Source: Microbotryum violaceum (Eukaryota). From it: a stretch of 64,000 bases of DNA. The DNA lies in contig CDLV01000016.1 of NCBI GenBank assembly GCA_001244265.2, positions 310,001-374,000 on the forward strand. Direction: 5' to 3'. A program made the translations under genes and the position numbers. Shown here one piece after another: positions 26,301 to 37,973 of this stretch. The stretch's first letter is position 1; the number at the start of each line of letters is the position of its first letter. Below the pieces are notes generated by a model that had not been told where the DNA came from, ran no database searches, and saw only the letters and a list, made by a program, of their open reading frames with translations.

Positions 26301-26883
26301 GCGAGCCGAGTGGCGCACCGAACTGTGGTGCTGCGTCGGGGTCGGTTGCGAAGGGGACAAGTAGGGTGCACCAGTCGTGGACGATTCAACCGAGAAGGCA
26401 GCCACCGCTGGGCCGGGCGCGACGCGGGGCCGTGGCGATCGGTCGACAACTGAGATCGTTCAAGCGAAAAAGGCGCGAAAGGTGGACAGGGGGACAGGGG
26501 TGGTGCGTGGTCGGTCGGGAAAGGAGGTCAGATGCGCACCAGCCGCGCGGGCCCGAGAGACGTGTTCGGTGGTCGGTCACGTTGTTCGGTCGCGTGGTCG
26601 GTCACCAGCGACGGGGGGTATGGCGCATCGTATTCGTACGTTTGTCCATTAGCAGGTCGGAGACGGTCCCAGAGAGCGGAGCGGCGGACGAGAGATGGGA
26701 AAGGACACATGAAATATAAGAAAGGAACGGCACAGTCAGCAAGTACCTCCTTGATGCCGATAAGAAGGAACCATGAGCACGAGCACACCGCTTCAGTGGT
26801 CACCGAGCGCGACGACATGAGGGGATAAGAGCGAAACACTCACCATCGTGGTTGTACGACGTCGATTCGATGTAGTGGGACAT
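23400..26883 (-). CDS. medA: Medusa/MedA-like (ACON-3/Ren1 family) developmental regulator; exons 26883-26844, 26407-24435, 24308-23400
   Basis: Core QGDLNQMAMGWSNEEWTNRRRLIQFWR...CFVTSVDTIYLLEALVGVRFTVEEKNRIRRNLEGFKPMTVSK...FFKLIMGFPNPKPRNIEKDVKVFPWKVL...IISKY|SATY; both introns are phase-consistent. Confidence 0.88.
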
Positions 26884-29440
26884 GGCTGAAAATCCAACGG
26901 AGAAATTTGCGGGGCTCGGAGTGAAAAATGGAAGGGAAGAGAGCGAGATCTTGAACAAAAATCCAAGGTGATGCACTCTGGGCACGACTCAAAAGCCCCG
27001 TTCTCCCTGCGAGTCCAAGCTGGCCAGGCGATCCTCGAAGATCACAACGACGATCCCACGATTCGAATGATGAGCTCGGATCAGAGGAGTGTCTTCGAGG
27101 GTCGAATCGAGGGGTGCCGTCAGTGATCTCGGTGGCAAGAGGAGTCACAGGTACGCCTAGGGAGCCGAAATCCGATGCACGCGCCGCGACTGGCCTTGAA
27201 CGAGCTGAGCCTTAAAGAGGTCTGAGACACAGCAACAGTGCAAGCGCCGCGAGGATGTCATTGAGTCAGTCTCAGACATGTCCGGCAGTCTTCATGAGGA
27301 GGCCGCACTCGGCGTACAGGGGCTGACCTGGTTCGACCTGGGCGATCCGGCGACGAGCGACGACAGAAGAGGAGGGCGTGTGCGGTGTGCACCCCCGGCA
27401 AACGTAAGACGACGGACCACGGAAGAGCGAAGCTCGACGGACGGAGGACGAGACCTATGACGGTGAGACCTTCGGCTACGGGGCGGCAGCGGTCACTACA
27501 GCGGGGGGCAGCGGAGGCTGTCGTAGTTGACTTGATGAAGATCGTCGTGGAGCGGTGGTTGGCACGCAAGAGTGGCGAGCCCAGCTCTGACTTGGGCAGT
27601 GTGTAAAGTCGAGGCAAGTGGTCGGCGCCATGGACATTGGGCACTGATCACTGTCGCTCCGCCAGCGCCCAACTGGCTCCACTCTGGGGTGGGTCCCGGC
27701 CCACGGGCCCCGGGCCAATTCTGACTCTGAGCTCTGAACCTCAGCCAGGCGCATCTGCAGCCCGCACCTCGGCAGGCCCAGAACCTAAGCCCAGAAAGGA
27801 TCGGCACCATAACTCAGGGCCACGCTGCTGCTGATGTGGAACCGAGCATCGATGACTCCTCAGAATGAGAATGAGGATTTGAATTCCAGCTAGTCTACAA
27901 AGAGACGACCCTTATCGGGCGCTGGACCACATTGAAAGCTCTTAATCGTCCCTCGCTGATGAAGGCTCCAAACTTGGCGATGAACCCGGACCTCACCTTG
28001 TTGACTTGTCCCGTCAACTCAAGCTAGTCTCTTCCCCTGTGCCCAGAGGACACTAGTATGGCAGTCGCCGAGTCTCTGACGCTGCTTTTCCTGCCGGAAC
28101 ACTTCGTGCAAGGTCCCAGTGTTTTGAATGGCATCGCTTGCAAAGGAAGCTCTAGCACAGTTGAACTTACAACCGCCCTTGTGTGTGCAGCACAGGGGCT
28201 TTGATGGAGTCGTGCATCAAAAGATGTTACGCCGCGGCTCAGCGGTGCCGGCGCATCCTGGCAGTGCTTCCAAGGAACTGTCCGAAGGCCAGTCCACTCT
28301 CTCGCTGGCGGCACTCTATGACCGGGGTGTCAAGCGAAGAAAAGAGGAAAAATAATTCTCAAAAAGAGAAGGAGTACCAAGGCTGTCGCACTCGGCATCA
28401 CCTCAAGTGTGCCTCTGTAAGAAAGTTCGGCGTTGCCTCGCGCGGTGCCTGTCCATGCGCAGCAGATCCAATCCGGCTGCGTAGTGTCCACTCATCGCCT
28501 CATAGGTTCTCTGTGGACCATAATCAATTAGGCATAATAAGGCATGGCCCTGGCTGTTAGTTGGGGTCGTAAGTAAGGTTAGGCACGTACTCTTAGTGTC
28601 GCAAAGCCTTGCTTGGTCTCCGAACCAGCTGATTCCAGCGCGGCTCCCGCTCGGTAGCGGACAGGCGCGCGTGCACGTGTGATTCCCGAACCCGTGGGCC
28701 AATCTCGGCGGCGGCTCTTTCCCGTGATCGGCGAGTCCATGACTTAAATGGGTTTCGGTCTGACGTAGCGGGTCTCCGATGGGCGGAACACGACGAGGCT
28801 TTGCTGAAGATCTTGAGCCACCTCGGTGCTATAAGTAAGTAGTAGGGCCAAGTGACGATTGGTATTTACTTTCATGCACCTCAACTCCGAGCTAGTTGAA
28901 AGCCCTGGAGCTGACTTTGGCTGGCCGAGGTGCGCGCCTCACCGCCTCACCCCTGGAAATGAGAAATGAGAATTTGTGGTGAGACTCACCAATCGGCCGG
29001 GCCGGTTCGGGTGCCAGTTTCCCTTGGCCGACGACTTTCGTGCCGTAAGCAGCGATGTTATTGACTTGTACCCATTGCTAATCCATAACTCTTACCTGAG
29101 GACGTACTCACTGTATGAATCATGTTGCTAGGGATGGACATCAGAAAGCCGATCTCGTCTCTCGTTTCCAAATCCGTGACAACTCAATTCGAACGAGGGA
29201 TGCAGGTCGCCCAATCGCGTTGCTACTGAGCTGTGTTGGCTCCACTCAAGGTTCAGCGCCTGATACGGGGTTTTCTTTCGTGTATACTAGCTCGACACTG
29301 ATTCACGTTCTCATTCGGAGATCGCGGAACAGACCTTCGATCGGGAGACATGACCCGAATCTTAACGCGCACAGGGTCACAACTGAAGTCGGTAGCTCGT
29401 CACTTTTGTACACATGTACACAGTATCTGGACCTTCGGCA

Positions 29441-30146
29441 TGTGACTGAGAGCTCCTAAGAGGCCCGACGTGAGAGAGACGAGAATTGATTGGAACGGCC
29501 GAGAGACAGGGGCCAAGAGGAGTGAGAGCGGAAGAGGGCTAGAACAGAGAACTCTGAGACCGGAGACTGGAAGATGCCGAACGAGACTTGAAGCACGCAG
29601 AAGATGAAAGCTAAGTACGATGCTGTATTGCGTCCTAGAAGTGATCTCAACGAGAACAAGAAGCAAGCTCCTTCGAGACCTCCTAGTCTTGTAAACCGCA
29701 ACGCCCCATTCCTTCCCCTTCACCACCTCAATCCCGCGGTTAGCCGCTCTTCCCGCTTTTCCCTCGTCCCTCCCGGTCTTCCATCCGAACCCTGCCCTAA
29801 ATTTGCCAGCATTGCGCCGTCGTTCTCCCAAAAAAAAAAAACGGTAATGATCGCCTCCTCTTCCTCCCGTGAGCCATCTTGAGCCTCCTTCCTCCCGTGA
29901 GCCGTCTTTAGCCCCCGTTTTCCGGTCCCGGTCAGGTCCTCCGTGTGCAGGTCGGGTGCATCCTGGTTGACTAGTTGACTGATCGATCGCCCGAGGTGAG
30001 CTGTCGTCGAGGCGGCGAATCTGATTTCTGCCGCTGCGGCCGCGATCCTCGTCGACCGCCGGAAGTGATTCATTGCCGAGGCGCCTAAGTCCACTACCAC
30101 TGCGTTACTTTGATATAATAATTTCGAAGGGATCTCGAGCATCACA
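29441..30146 (-). mobile_element. Possible solo/degenerate LTR
   Basis: Bounded by TGTGA...TCACA. The minus strand has a TATA-like TTTACAAGAC, then CAATACA and a CT-rich tract ending TCACA. No TSD, PBS or PPT seen. Confidence 0.3.
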
Positions 30147-31955
30147 GGGGTCAGTTGGTGTGTTGTGAATGAGGATTAGCAGGAAGGCGGCTATCGGTTG
30201 TTTGATTAGAAGCGCGCGTTTGTTTAGTGAAGCCTGGCGATGCGCACCAACCGTTGTCTTCTCTCCACGGTTGAATTACACGCTCGTCAGGTACGTACAT
30301 CTAGCATTACGGCTAATATCATATGCAATTAACTGACGGTTGGATTACACGCTCGTCAGTCTCTTATCGGGTCACTCTTACATAGACCTCCCGAGCGGCG
30401 GACTTGCAACGACCTAGACCTTTGATCTGATTCGCCGCCAGAACGAAAGGAATGGCCCCTGCAATACCCCCCGGATTGCCTTCAAAGACGACGAATGAAC
30501 CGATTTAGGGTGGGATGGTGGCCATTGCTCGTGAAGAGTAGCTAGACAGCCTGCGGAAGTCGTTGATCTCGTGCGACGATGACCCTCCGGAGGATGTCCA
30601 AGAATGAGGTGCTCGTCGCTTGTCGGACGACAATGAAGTGAAAGCCTTACCAACCGTCGGTCGGCCTTGTGGCAAGGTAGATGCGCAATGATAGAATCCT
30701 CGTGGATCTTCACCGTGTCGGGGGGCAGAGGGGCTTGTCGTGATCTTGATACGCAGTCGTGCTGGATACGCAGAGCTCGGCACCTCAAGCGCACGCACCG
30801 AAATCAAGGGCGACCATGGCGAGAAAGAGCAGGTGTTCATGTAATAGGAGATAGCTGAACAGATAAACCTGCTTTGAGAGCGTAGTCGAGCGGACTGAAG
30901 GGCAGCGGCGTAACTCGCTTGGCGGCCCACCTCTAAGTCTTGAGGCCTCCTATGATCACCAGCCTGACTAGGTCCACTCGTCCCCCCTGATCGGCTCGAA
31001 GCAGTGTGTCAGGCCCGAAAGGGTTTGATAGACAGTCGATAAGGAACAGCAGCGCTAGTAGACACTGACATAGCGATACGATGGTCGGCAGCGAGGGGTA
31101 GCGGCAGTACGAGAGGAACAGGCTCCACTGACGTAATCATAGGCGAAACGAACCCTAGCCGAGAGCCGGATTCGTAGCGATGTCAAAGGTTCAGTCGGAC
31201 GACCGTCAACAACTCTGCAAACTGGATCCTCTGGTAGGTGTGTCGGGGCGGCAATAGAAGTGGTGACTTGCACCCCAGTCGAGACGAGCCAAAACCCGAC
31301 CTCTGCCCCTGTCGTCGGCATTCCGCAGGCACGCATCGGTATGATAGATCACAAGGTCGGCGTCGGCCAGGCACCCTCGGGTGAGGCTGGGGGAAGCGAA
31401 ATCGAGAGTGGAACCCCGAAAGACAACACTGCCACTTGCGTCAAAGCCGCCGTCACGTCCTTATTGATGGGAACTCCGCCGTCGGAGTTGACTTTGCCCT
31501 AATCTTGTGGTAGAGCGGCGTGATGCAGTGGAACACTCGGTCAGAGGCTTCGCCAACTGCGAGGTAGTCTTGGGAGTGAAGAACACAGCTGTCCCAGCAT
31601 GTGCTGGAATGCAGGAGCAGAGACTGGTGAAGAGAATCAACGATGCACTGAAGACCCCGAAGGGGACATGCAGCGCGAGTGACCACCTGTGAGCCCGCAT
31701 TTGTAGGAGCACAGGTATAGCTCACAAGGGAGAGGGGAGAGGGGGAGGTCCGAGCGTGCGAGCTCGATCGGCGCTTCAAATCCTTGCAGCAAAGGCCGAA
31801 ATGAACATCGCCGAGACAGGCACTTGACTCGGAGTCTCGGACTTGTCTCGATCTCCGAATGATTGCAATTACCTCGGTGATAGGTATCTCAGGCTCGATC
31901 TAGACGCAGTAGTAGCGGGAAGGTTCGAGTGAAGGGCTCCACTTTAGAACCGGCC

Positions 31956-31976
31956 ATCTATCTATCTATCTATCTA
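31956..31976 (-). repeat. (TAGA)5 tandem tail at the LINE 3' end
   Basis: Plus strand reads ATCT x5 + A at the edge of the AT-rich 3' UTR. Confidence 0.8.
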
Positions 31977-32385
31977 CTTCTACCTAAAAGAATGCATGAC
32001 AAAATAAGGTTCTCAGGCGCGCGCCCGCCGCGCCGACCTTCGTTTACGCAGCCCCGAGCCCTAGTAGAGGTAAATCTATCTGACCATTATTGCGATTTCC
32101 TCGCGGGACACTCGTTTCCAAGTTCAACAGTCTAGGTTGTCATTTGTATATGGTCATATGGGTTGTTCCGTCCTTCATCTGATTATCGTTCCTATTATGG
32201 TACTTGGGATTGATTTTATTTATTTATTTGATAGACTTCATTAACAGCATAATTATATTAATACCTAGAAATCTTCGGAAAAGTCGGAGGGAATGCTGTT
32301 ACGCACACTGGCAGAAGCCAGTAGTGTAGGACTCATTGACCCTGAACCAGGATCAACCATACCCACTAAAACCCCCTTTGGTGTC

Positions 32386-35300
32386 TTACAGAGACACTAG
32401 GCGACCCTTGGACTCCTGGATAGAGGCTCGAAGCCCCTCGAACTCCGTTTCGGTGATCGGTTCCAAAAGATCCGACGAGAATCGACGACGGCGACAGAGC
32501 TTCCAGATCGAGTGAAAGAAGAGGACTCGTAGTTCGACAAGTCGACGTTTCGAGCGAGACACGACCGGGCATACAAAGTCCACAAAGACTGGGTGGGGGG
32601 TCGGGGACAGAGCAGACCAGAGGCGCCGGGCAAATGGGCAGCCGACCGCGAGGTGAACCAGGCACTCGGGTGCTTCCGAGAGGCACATCACACAGGAGGT
32701 AGATCGATTGTTGGGATGTGGGCTGGTTGGGGAGGCGACTTGGCTTCCCGGATGGAGGGACCCCAGGGAGAGAAGGTGGCCGGTATCCTCGGCGTCCGAG
32801 TGAGCCCGGCGAACCTTGCGCAAAGCCTTCCACCAAGCGTTCCAGCGTTGCTCAGGCAAATCGAATACCTTCTGGTGTCCCTTGGGGAAGATAAGAGGGA
32901 AGATGAAGACTTGGTGGCGTTTGGACGCGTTCACAAACGAAGACGGGGTCATCACCTCGCCATCGGGCCCTCGAAAAAGCGTCGGGTTTACCGAGAGTTG
33001 TATTCCGTGGCCCGCTGGGAAATAGAGTACGTGCGTCGCCCATTGCTCGAGGTTCTGGCTCTTGGAGAGTTCCGGGGGATTGAGCGTGGTCACCAACGCC
33101 CAGGCTTCGAAGTATCGGACCCAACGAGCAGGAAGAAGTTTTGTCGTTTTTCCCACCGCATGGTCCCACTTTGGGGGAGGATGGCAAAAGTAAGCCCACC
33201 AGATCCAAATCCAAGGGCAACGATGCTGGTTGGGGGCCGGTCTGGACAAGGTGAAAGGGGTTGGTTCGTTTGGTGCCTGGAGGCGGATGCGGATGTCGAA
33301 GAGGTGGCGTGTGAAGCAGCCGTCCGGGGCCCGGAGCTGGAAGACCCACTTCGCGTGATCGATTGCTAGACGCCGAGGCAGATCAATCAAACCGAAGCCG
33401 CCGTGATCAAGAGGGGTGCAGAGGCGCGACCGGGAGACCTTCGGACGTCGCTGAGTACCATCCGAAGCTCGACCGTGAATGGCGAGCATGGCGGCCTCCT
33501 CGATCTCCTTGACAACGCTCTTGGGGGCGGGAAGGAATCGACTGTAGTACAAGATCTTTGTGTAGCAGTAGATGTTGATGATCGAACACTTAGCTGCATA
33601 TGGGAGATCGTACATCGGAATCGAGCGTATCCGAGCGATGGTCAAGGCCTTGACATCCTCCCAGCCCGCATCCTCGGCGATCTCCACCCCGACCTGAATA
33701 CCAAGGTAGCGAAACTGCGAATCGCTGAGACGCCAGGTCCCGAGATCTGGGGCGATCGACCGATCCCGAAAAGCTCCAAGGGGGTAGAGGAAAGATTTGA
33801 CGTTGCTGAGCTTGCTGGCACTTGCCCGTTCGTAAAGCTCGATCGCCCGATTGAGGTGGTCGAGGTCCGAGAGGTTGTGGAGTGCGCAGCAAGCGTCGTC
33901 GGCAAAAAGGAGTTCGCGAACGTTTTGGAGGCCCGCAATATCGATGCCCTTGACTCTCAATCGAATCTGACAGGCAAAACCTTCGATCGCCAGGACGAAG
34001 AGAGACGGAGCCAAAGGATCACCTTGCCGAACGCCCGACAGGATGTCGAAAGTGGCAGAGAGCCAACCGTTGAGGAAGACCGATGCAGATTGGTTGGTGT
34101 AGGTCGCTCGGTACCATTGGCGGGCTTTGGGGCCGAGGCCAACGGCGCAGAGGACTGCATCAAGGTACGGGTGGGAAAGACGATCGTAAGCCTTTGCAAA
34201 GTCCATCACCGCTAGCATGCCAGAGAGCCCGGAAGTCCAGGGTCCATGAGACATTGGACTTCAGCGATGTTCGTGCCGATCCAACGGTTCGGAACAAAGC
34301 CACGTTGGGTTGGGCCGATCAGGGACTCGAGCAAGGGAGCGAGGCGCTGGTTGTGGGCTTGCGAGATGATGCGCTCGTCCGCATTGATGAGCGATATGGG
34401 GCGTTTGTTCGAAAGCTGATCCCTCTCGTCGCGTTTGTGGATGAGATGGATGTGGGCGGTGTTGCGGGGAAGAGGTCCAGGCTGACGGGCCTCGGTGGGG
34501 ATCGAGTTGATGACGTTTCGAAGAATCGGACCAGTGGCCGGCCACGTAGCGCGATAGAACTCAACCGGGAGGCCGTCAGGCCCTGGCGAAGAGTTCGACT
34601 TACACGCCGCTCGAGCCTTTGTCATCTCCTCCAACGGGTACGCTTCCTCGAGCTTGAGTGAGTCCGCGGGGGAGAGGCGAGTTGAAGCGAAGCCGTCGAT
34701 GATCGCCTTCAGGGCCGCGTCATCGATGGGGTGGTCCTCATAGACCCGCTCGAAGTAGTCGCTGACCGCTCCAAGCATCGAATCAGGGTCGGAATGAACA
34801 ACATCGTTGACCGTGAGCGAAGGGATCAGGTCGGATGCTCGCACTTTGCGCAGGCGGATGAAGATGGAAGAGGGACCCGCCAGAGATGGGTCGAGGCGGG
34901 ACCGCAGGGCCGCGCCGTAGCGCGAGTGGTCAGCCCTCTCTTGCTCCGACCCGCCACGACGGAACCGAGCGAAAGTCCGGGCCAGAGCCTGCAGCTCGGG
35001 CAGCAGGCGGTGTTTGGTGGACGTCCAAGCTGCTGGTGGATCGTTGGGCGTCTGGAGGAGGGCTTTGTTGTAAAGGGTGCGGACAATGGAGGTGAGGTAC
35101 TCGCAGGTCGCGTCGCCCTCGATCACGTGCAAACCCAGCTTGAATTTGCCCGGACCGATGTCGATTGCGCCCGGCACTTGGAACCGTGCCACAACCATTG
35201 AGTGCGTCGATTTGAGGACAGGAGCCCAAATTTTGTGATCATGGAAGAGGTCGACCCAATCAGGCGAGACATAGATGCGGTCAAGGCGACGGCACGTGCC

Positions 35301-35951
35301 GGGCGCTGAGCGATTCGTCGTGGCTCGTCCTTTGGGATGATGGAGCCGATAGGCGTCGAAAAGATTGTTGGCCGTGGCAAGGTCGCGCATCTCCTGACCC
35401 CCATAATTCGTTCCGTTTTGGTTCTCCGAATCGAGGGGCTGGGACTCAACACAATTCCAGTCCCCCCCGACTAGGAGCGCAGGCGGCGAGGGTTCGTCAC
35501 GTACAACATGTCGGAGGGCGGTGCTGAGGTGTGAGAGGAAGCGTCTTTTGTCTGGCTTGTCGGAGAAAGGCGCGTATATTGATACAACCCGGACTTTTGA
35601 ATCACCCACACAAAAGGTGGCGTCGGTGACTCGGTCCGGGAAAGAGAAAGAGGCACGAAGAGTGTTTGGAGGCGACTCGGGATCAAAAGTAATGACCACG
35701 GAGTCGCTCTTCCAAAGTATGGCAGTGTTGTTGAAAGGAGTGAAAAGAGCGGAGAGCTTTAAGTCTTGGCACTCCTGAGTCCACTGGGCCACCCTTTCGG
35801 GGGAAGGTCGGCCAGTTTCGCTCAGGAGAAAGACGTCGGCGTTATGGGAGCGGAGATTGGAGAAAAGAGAAGCACGCTTACGGTCTTCATTGATTGACTG
35901 CACGTTGGCAGCAACAAAAGACACGTTTGGGATTTTAGTTGTGCTCATCAT
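32386..35951 (-). pseudogene. LINE ORF2: AP endonuclease + reverse transcriptase + C-terminal CCHC finger, ~1190 codons, one frameshift near 34230
   Basis: APE motifs ANVQSIN, DVFLLSET, VGGDWN, RLDRIYVS; RT motifs SPGPDGL, RPISLINAD, DFAKAYD, GVRQGDPLAPSLF, LFADD, RYLG; zinc finger CVMC-x9-H-x4-C (CVMCLSEAPECLVHLAVGC). Confidence 0.93.
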
Positions 35952-37345
35952 CTTGGTCCATAGCGTCTTCCACGTCCTTAGGAGGTGCTTCTTGGTCTTC
36001 GGCTTCTTCGTCGGCCTCGTCGTCGGTGTCGGCGTCATCGGGTCGGGCTTTGGGCGCGGCTGAGGGCAACTGCGTGGGCGAAGACGGCTCGGGGCTCGGC
36101 TCGGAGGCTTCGAGGGCAGGCGCAGTGGGAGGGGCTTCACGAATGGCTGGCTTGGAGAGGGCGGCAATCGACTTGGATCGAGTTATGATCGACTTTGGCG
36201 TGGCCGGAGGAGGGCTTGGGGATGGAGAGGTGGTCTCTGAGCTGGGGGACTCGGAGGATTTTTCAACGAGGGAGTAGGCAATTCCCTGATTGGAGGCAGG
36301 CTGAGGGGCAGGAGGAGTGGCAGTTTTGCAAGGGAAATTGAAGGAGAACTCGGGGCGGGCATTCTTCGACAGAGAATCGGGCTGAGCTCTGTTGGACAGA
36401 TCTTCAGTCTGGGCAGCCAGATCCTGTTCCACTCGACGTTTTTTGGTCGTGCGGTCGTGGGCGGAGGCCGGGGAGATCGACTTGGACACGGCGGCGGGGG
36501 CGGCGGTGGTAACGGTGGAGGCTTGCGGGGCACGTGACGTGGGGGGTCCCTGGGGGCTCGACGCATGACGGGCCGGGCAGTGCTGGGTGGCGTGCGAGCC
36601 GGGGCGACGGGGCAATCCTTACGGACGTGAGCCGCGGAACGGCAGAAGACGCAGTGGCGCATGCCACCGGTGATCCTCAGTGGGATTCGCTCAGTGACAC
36701 CGTCACGAGCAATAGAAAGTGAGGCAGGGGGCAAAACATCTACATCCTTAAGGGCAAGGATAAAGTCGTACACCCCAGAGATGTGTTTCGTCTTTCCAAT
36801 GTACTGGATGCGACGACGGAGGACCGTGCCATAGGCAGCGATCTGCTCATCGAATAGGCAGAGGCCCTCGGGTCGGAGAAAAAGCCCGTAAGGGTGCATT
36901 GTACAACACCTCCTCTAGTAGAGCTGTACAGCTTCTCGACTTTGCACAGAGTCTTGCCAACAGTGAGGCCGTTGGCCACCAGGGTGCCGAGATCGGCGGC
37001 CTTGGGAAAGCGGAGGCCGCGCTGACCCTTGATGACGCATGGCATTGCGCCGGTAAGGCCAGGGTAGTATTTGTCAAGCGCGAGGAGGACTTGCTCGACC
37101 GAGGTTGAGGGTGGGGTGTTGATGATGACACAATTCTCGATGTTGTGCATCAGTGGATGGACGGCGACGGCAGTCGAGGCGTTGGCGGTGGCGTTTCCGT
37201 GCTTCGCAGCGGAGCGAGCGCCGACCGCGGCGGAGTATGATTTGGTGGTGGTGGCGGGGGCTTGGCCGGGAGGATCGGGAGGGTCAGGGCGAAGAGGTAG
37301 TATAGCAGCATGGCTGGCGTTGTTGGTGTTGTTGTTGTTGTCCAT
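35935..37345 (-). pseudogene. LINE ORF1 (gag-like, CCHC knuckle), ~470 codons, with two one-base frameshifts near 36870 and 36602
   Basis: Pieces 36740-37345, 36183-36899 and 35935-36615 join; KSYSAAV near the N-terminus, knuckle CVFCRSAAHVRKDC, acidic C-terminus. Confidence 0.85.
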
Positions 37346-37897
37346 CCAATAGGAGTTTCCTTTTTCAAGTCGGCGACGACGCTTCCCAAGCCTAGCGGCG
37401 TGTCATTCACTCCTTAGCCACTCAATCTCCCTACTTTACTAGTCTCTATTCTCTTTCCTTATTAGCTTTACGCTTTACTTTCTAGCCTTCCGCGAGTCTG
37501 TCTCTTAGCCTTTAGCCACTCTGTTCTCGTCCCTGTTCATTGGACTGAGTCGAGGTCATCATCAGATTCCACTGGAGAACATTTCTGCGACATAGGTCAG
37601 GCCCAACGGTTCACGGGGGCCAGTCTCCGGCCTCGCCTCTAAACGAGACGTCGTCGTTTTGGTGCGGCGTGTACTACCACTGCAGGTGTTTGCTAGGTTA
37701 CCGATCTAGGTCCCGATAGTTGAAGATGCAATTCCGGTCGCGTGTGCCTCACCCAATGCCTCTTCTGCGCCGCAGCGTCGAAGCGAGAGGCTTCGGCGGC
37801 GTTCCTGGAGAAAGTGTAGATCACCAACGGAGAAAGACTGCCCATGTGCAGAGCGCGCACGGTATCGCCCGCGGAGCTTGGCGCGCACGCGCCAAAT

Positions 37898-37973
37898 GGG
37901 GGGGGGGGGGGAAGGGGGGGGGGGGAAGGGGGGGGGGGGAAGGGGGGGGGGAGGGGAACCGAGGGGGAAGGGG
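37898..37973 (+). repeat. Periodic poly-G tract (G14-AA-G12-AA-G12-AA-G10-A-G4...), G-quadruplex-competent
   Basis: Read directly from the sequence. Confidence 0.9.

Noticed and set aside
31900..31950. tRNA gene or B-box (GGTTCGAG) as the LINE target
   Set aside because: No T-stem, acceptor stem or cloverleaf.
32593..34661. Plus-strand ORFs of 190-270 aa within the LINE
   Set aside because: Antisense shadows of ORF2 with no motifs.
37520..37570. Hammerhead ribozyme in the LINE 5' UTR (CTGATGA on the minus strand)
   Set aside because: No GAAA after a convincing stem II, and I could not build the three helices.
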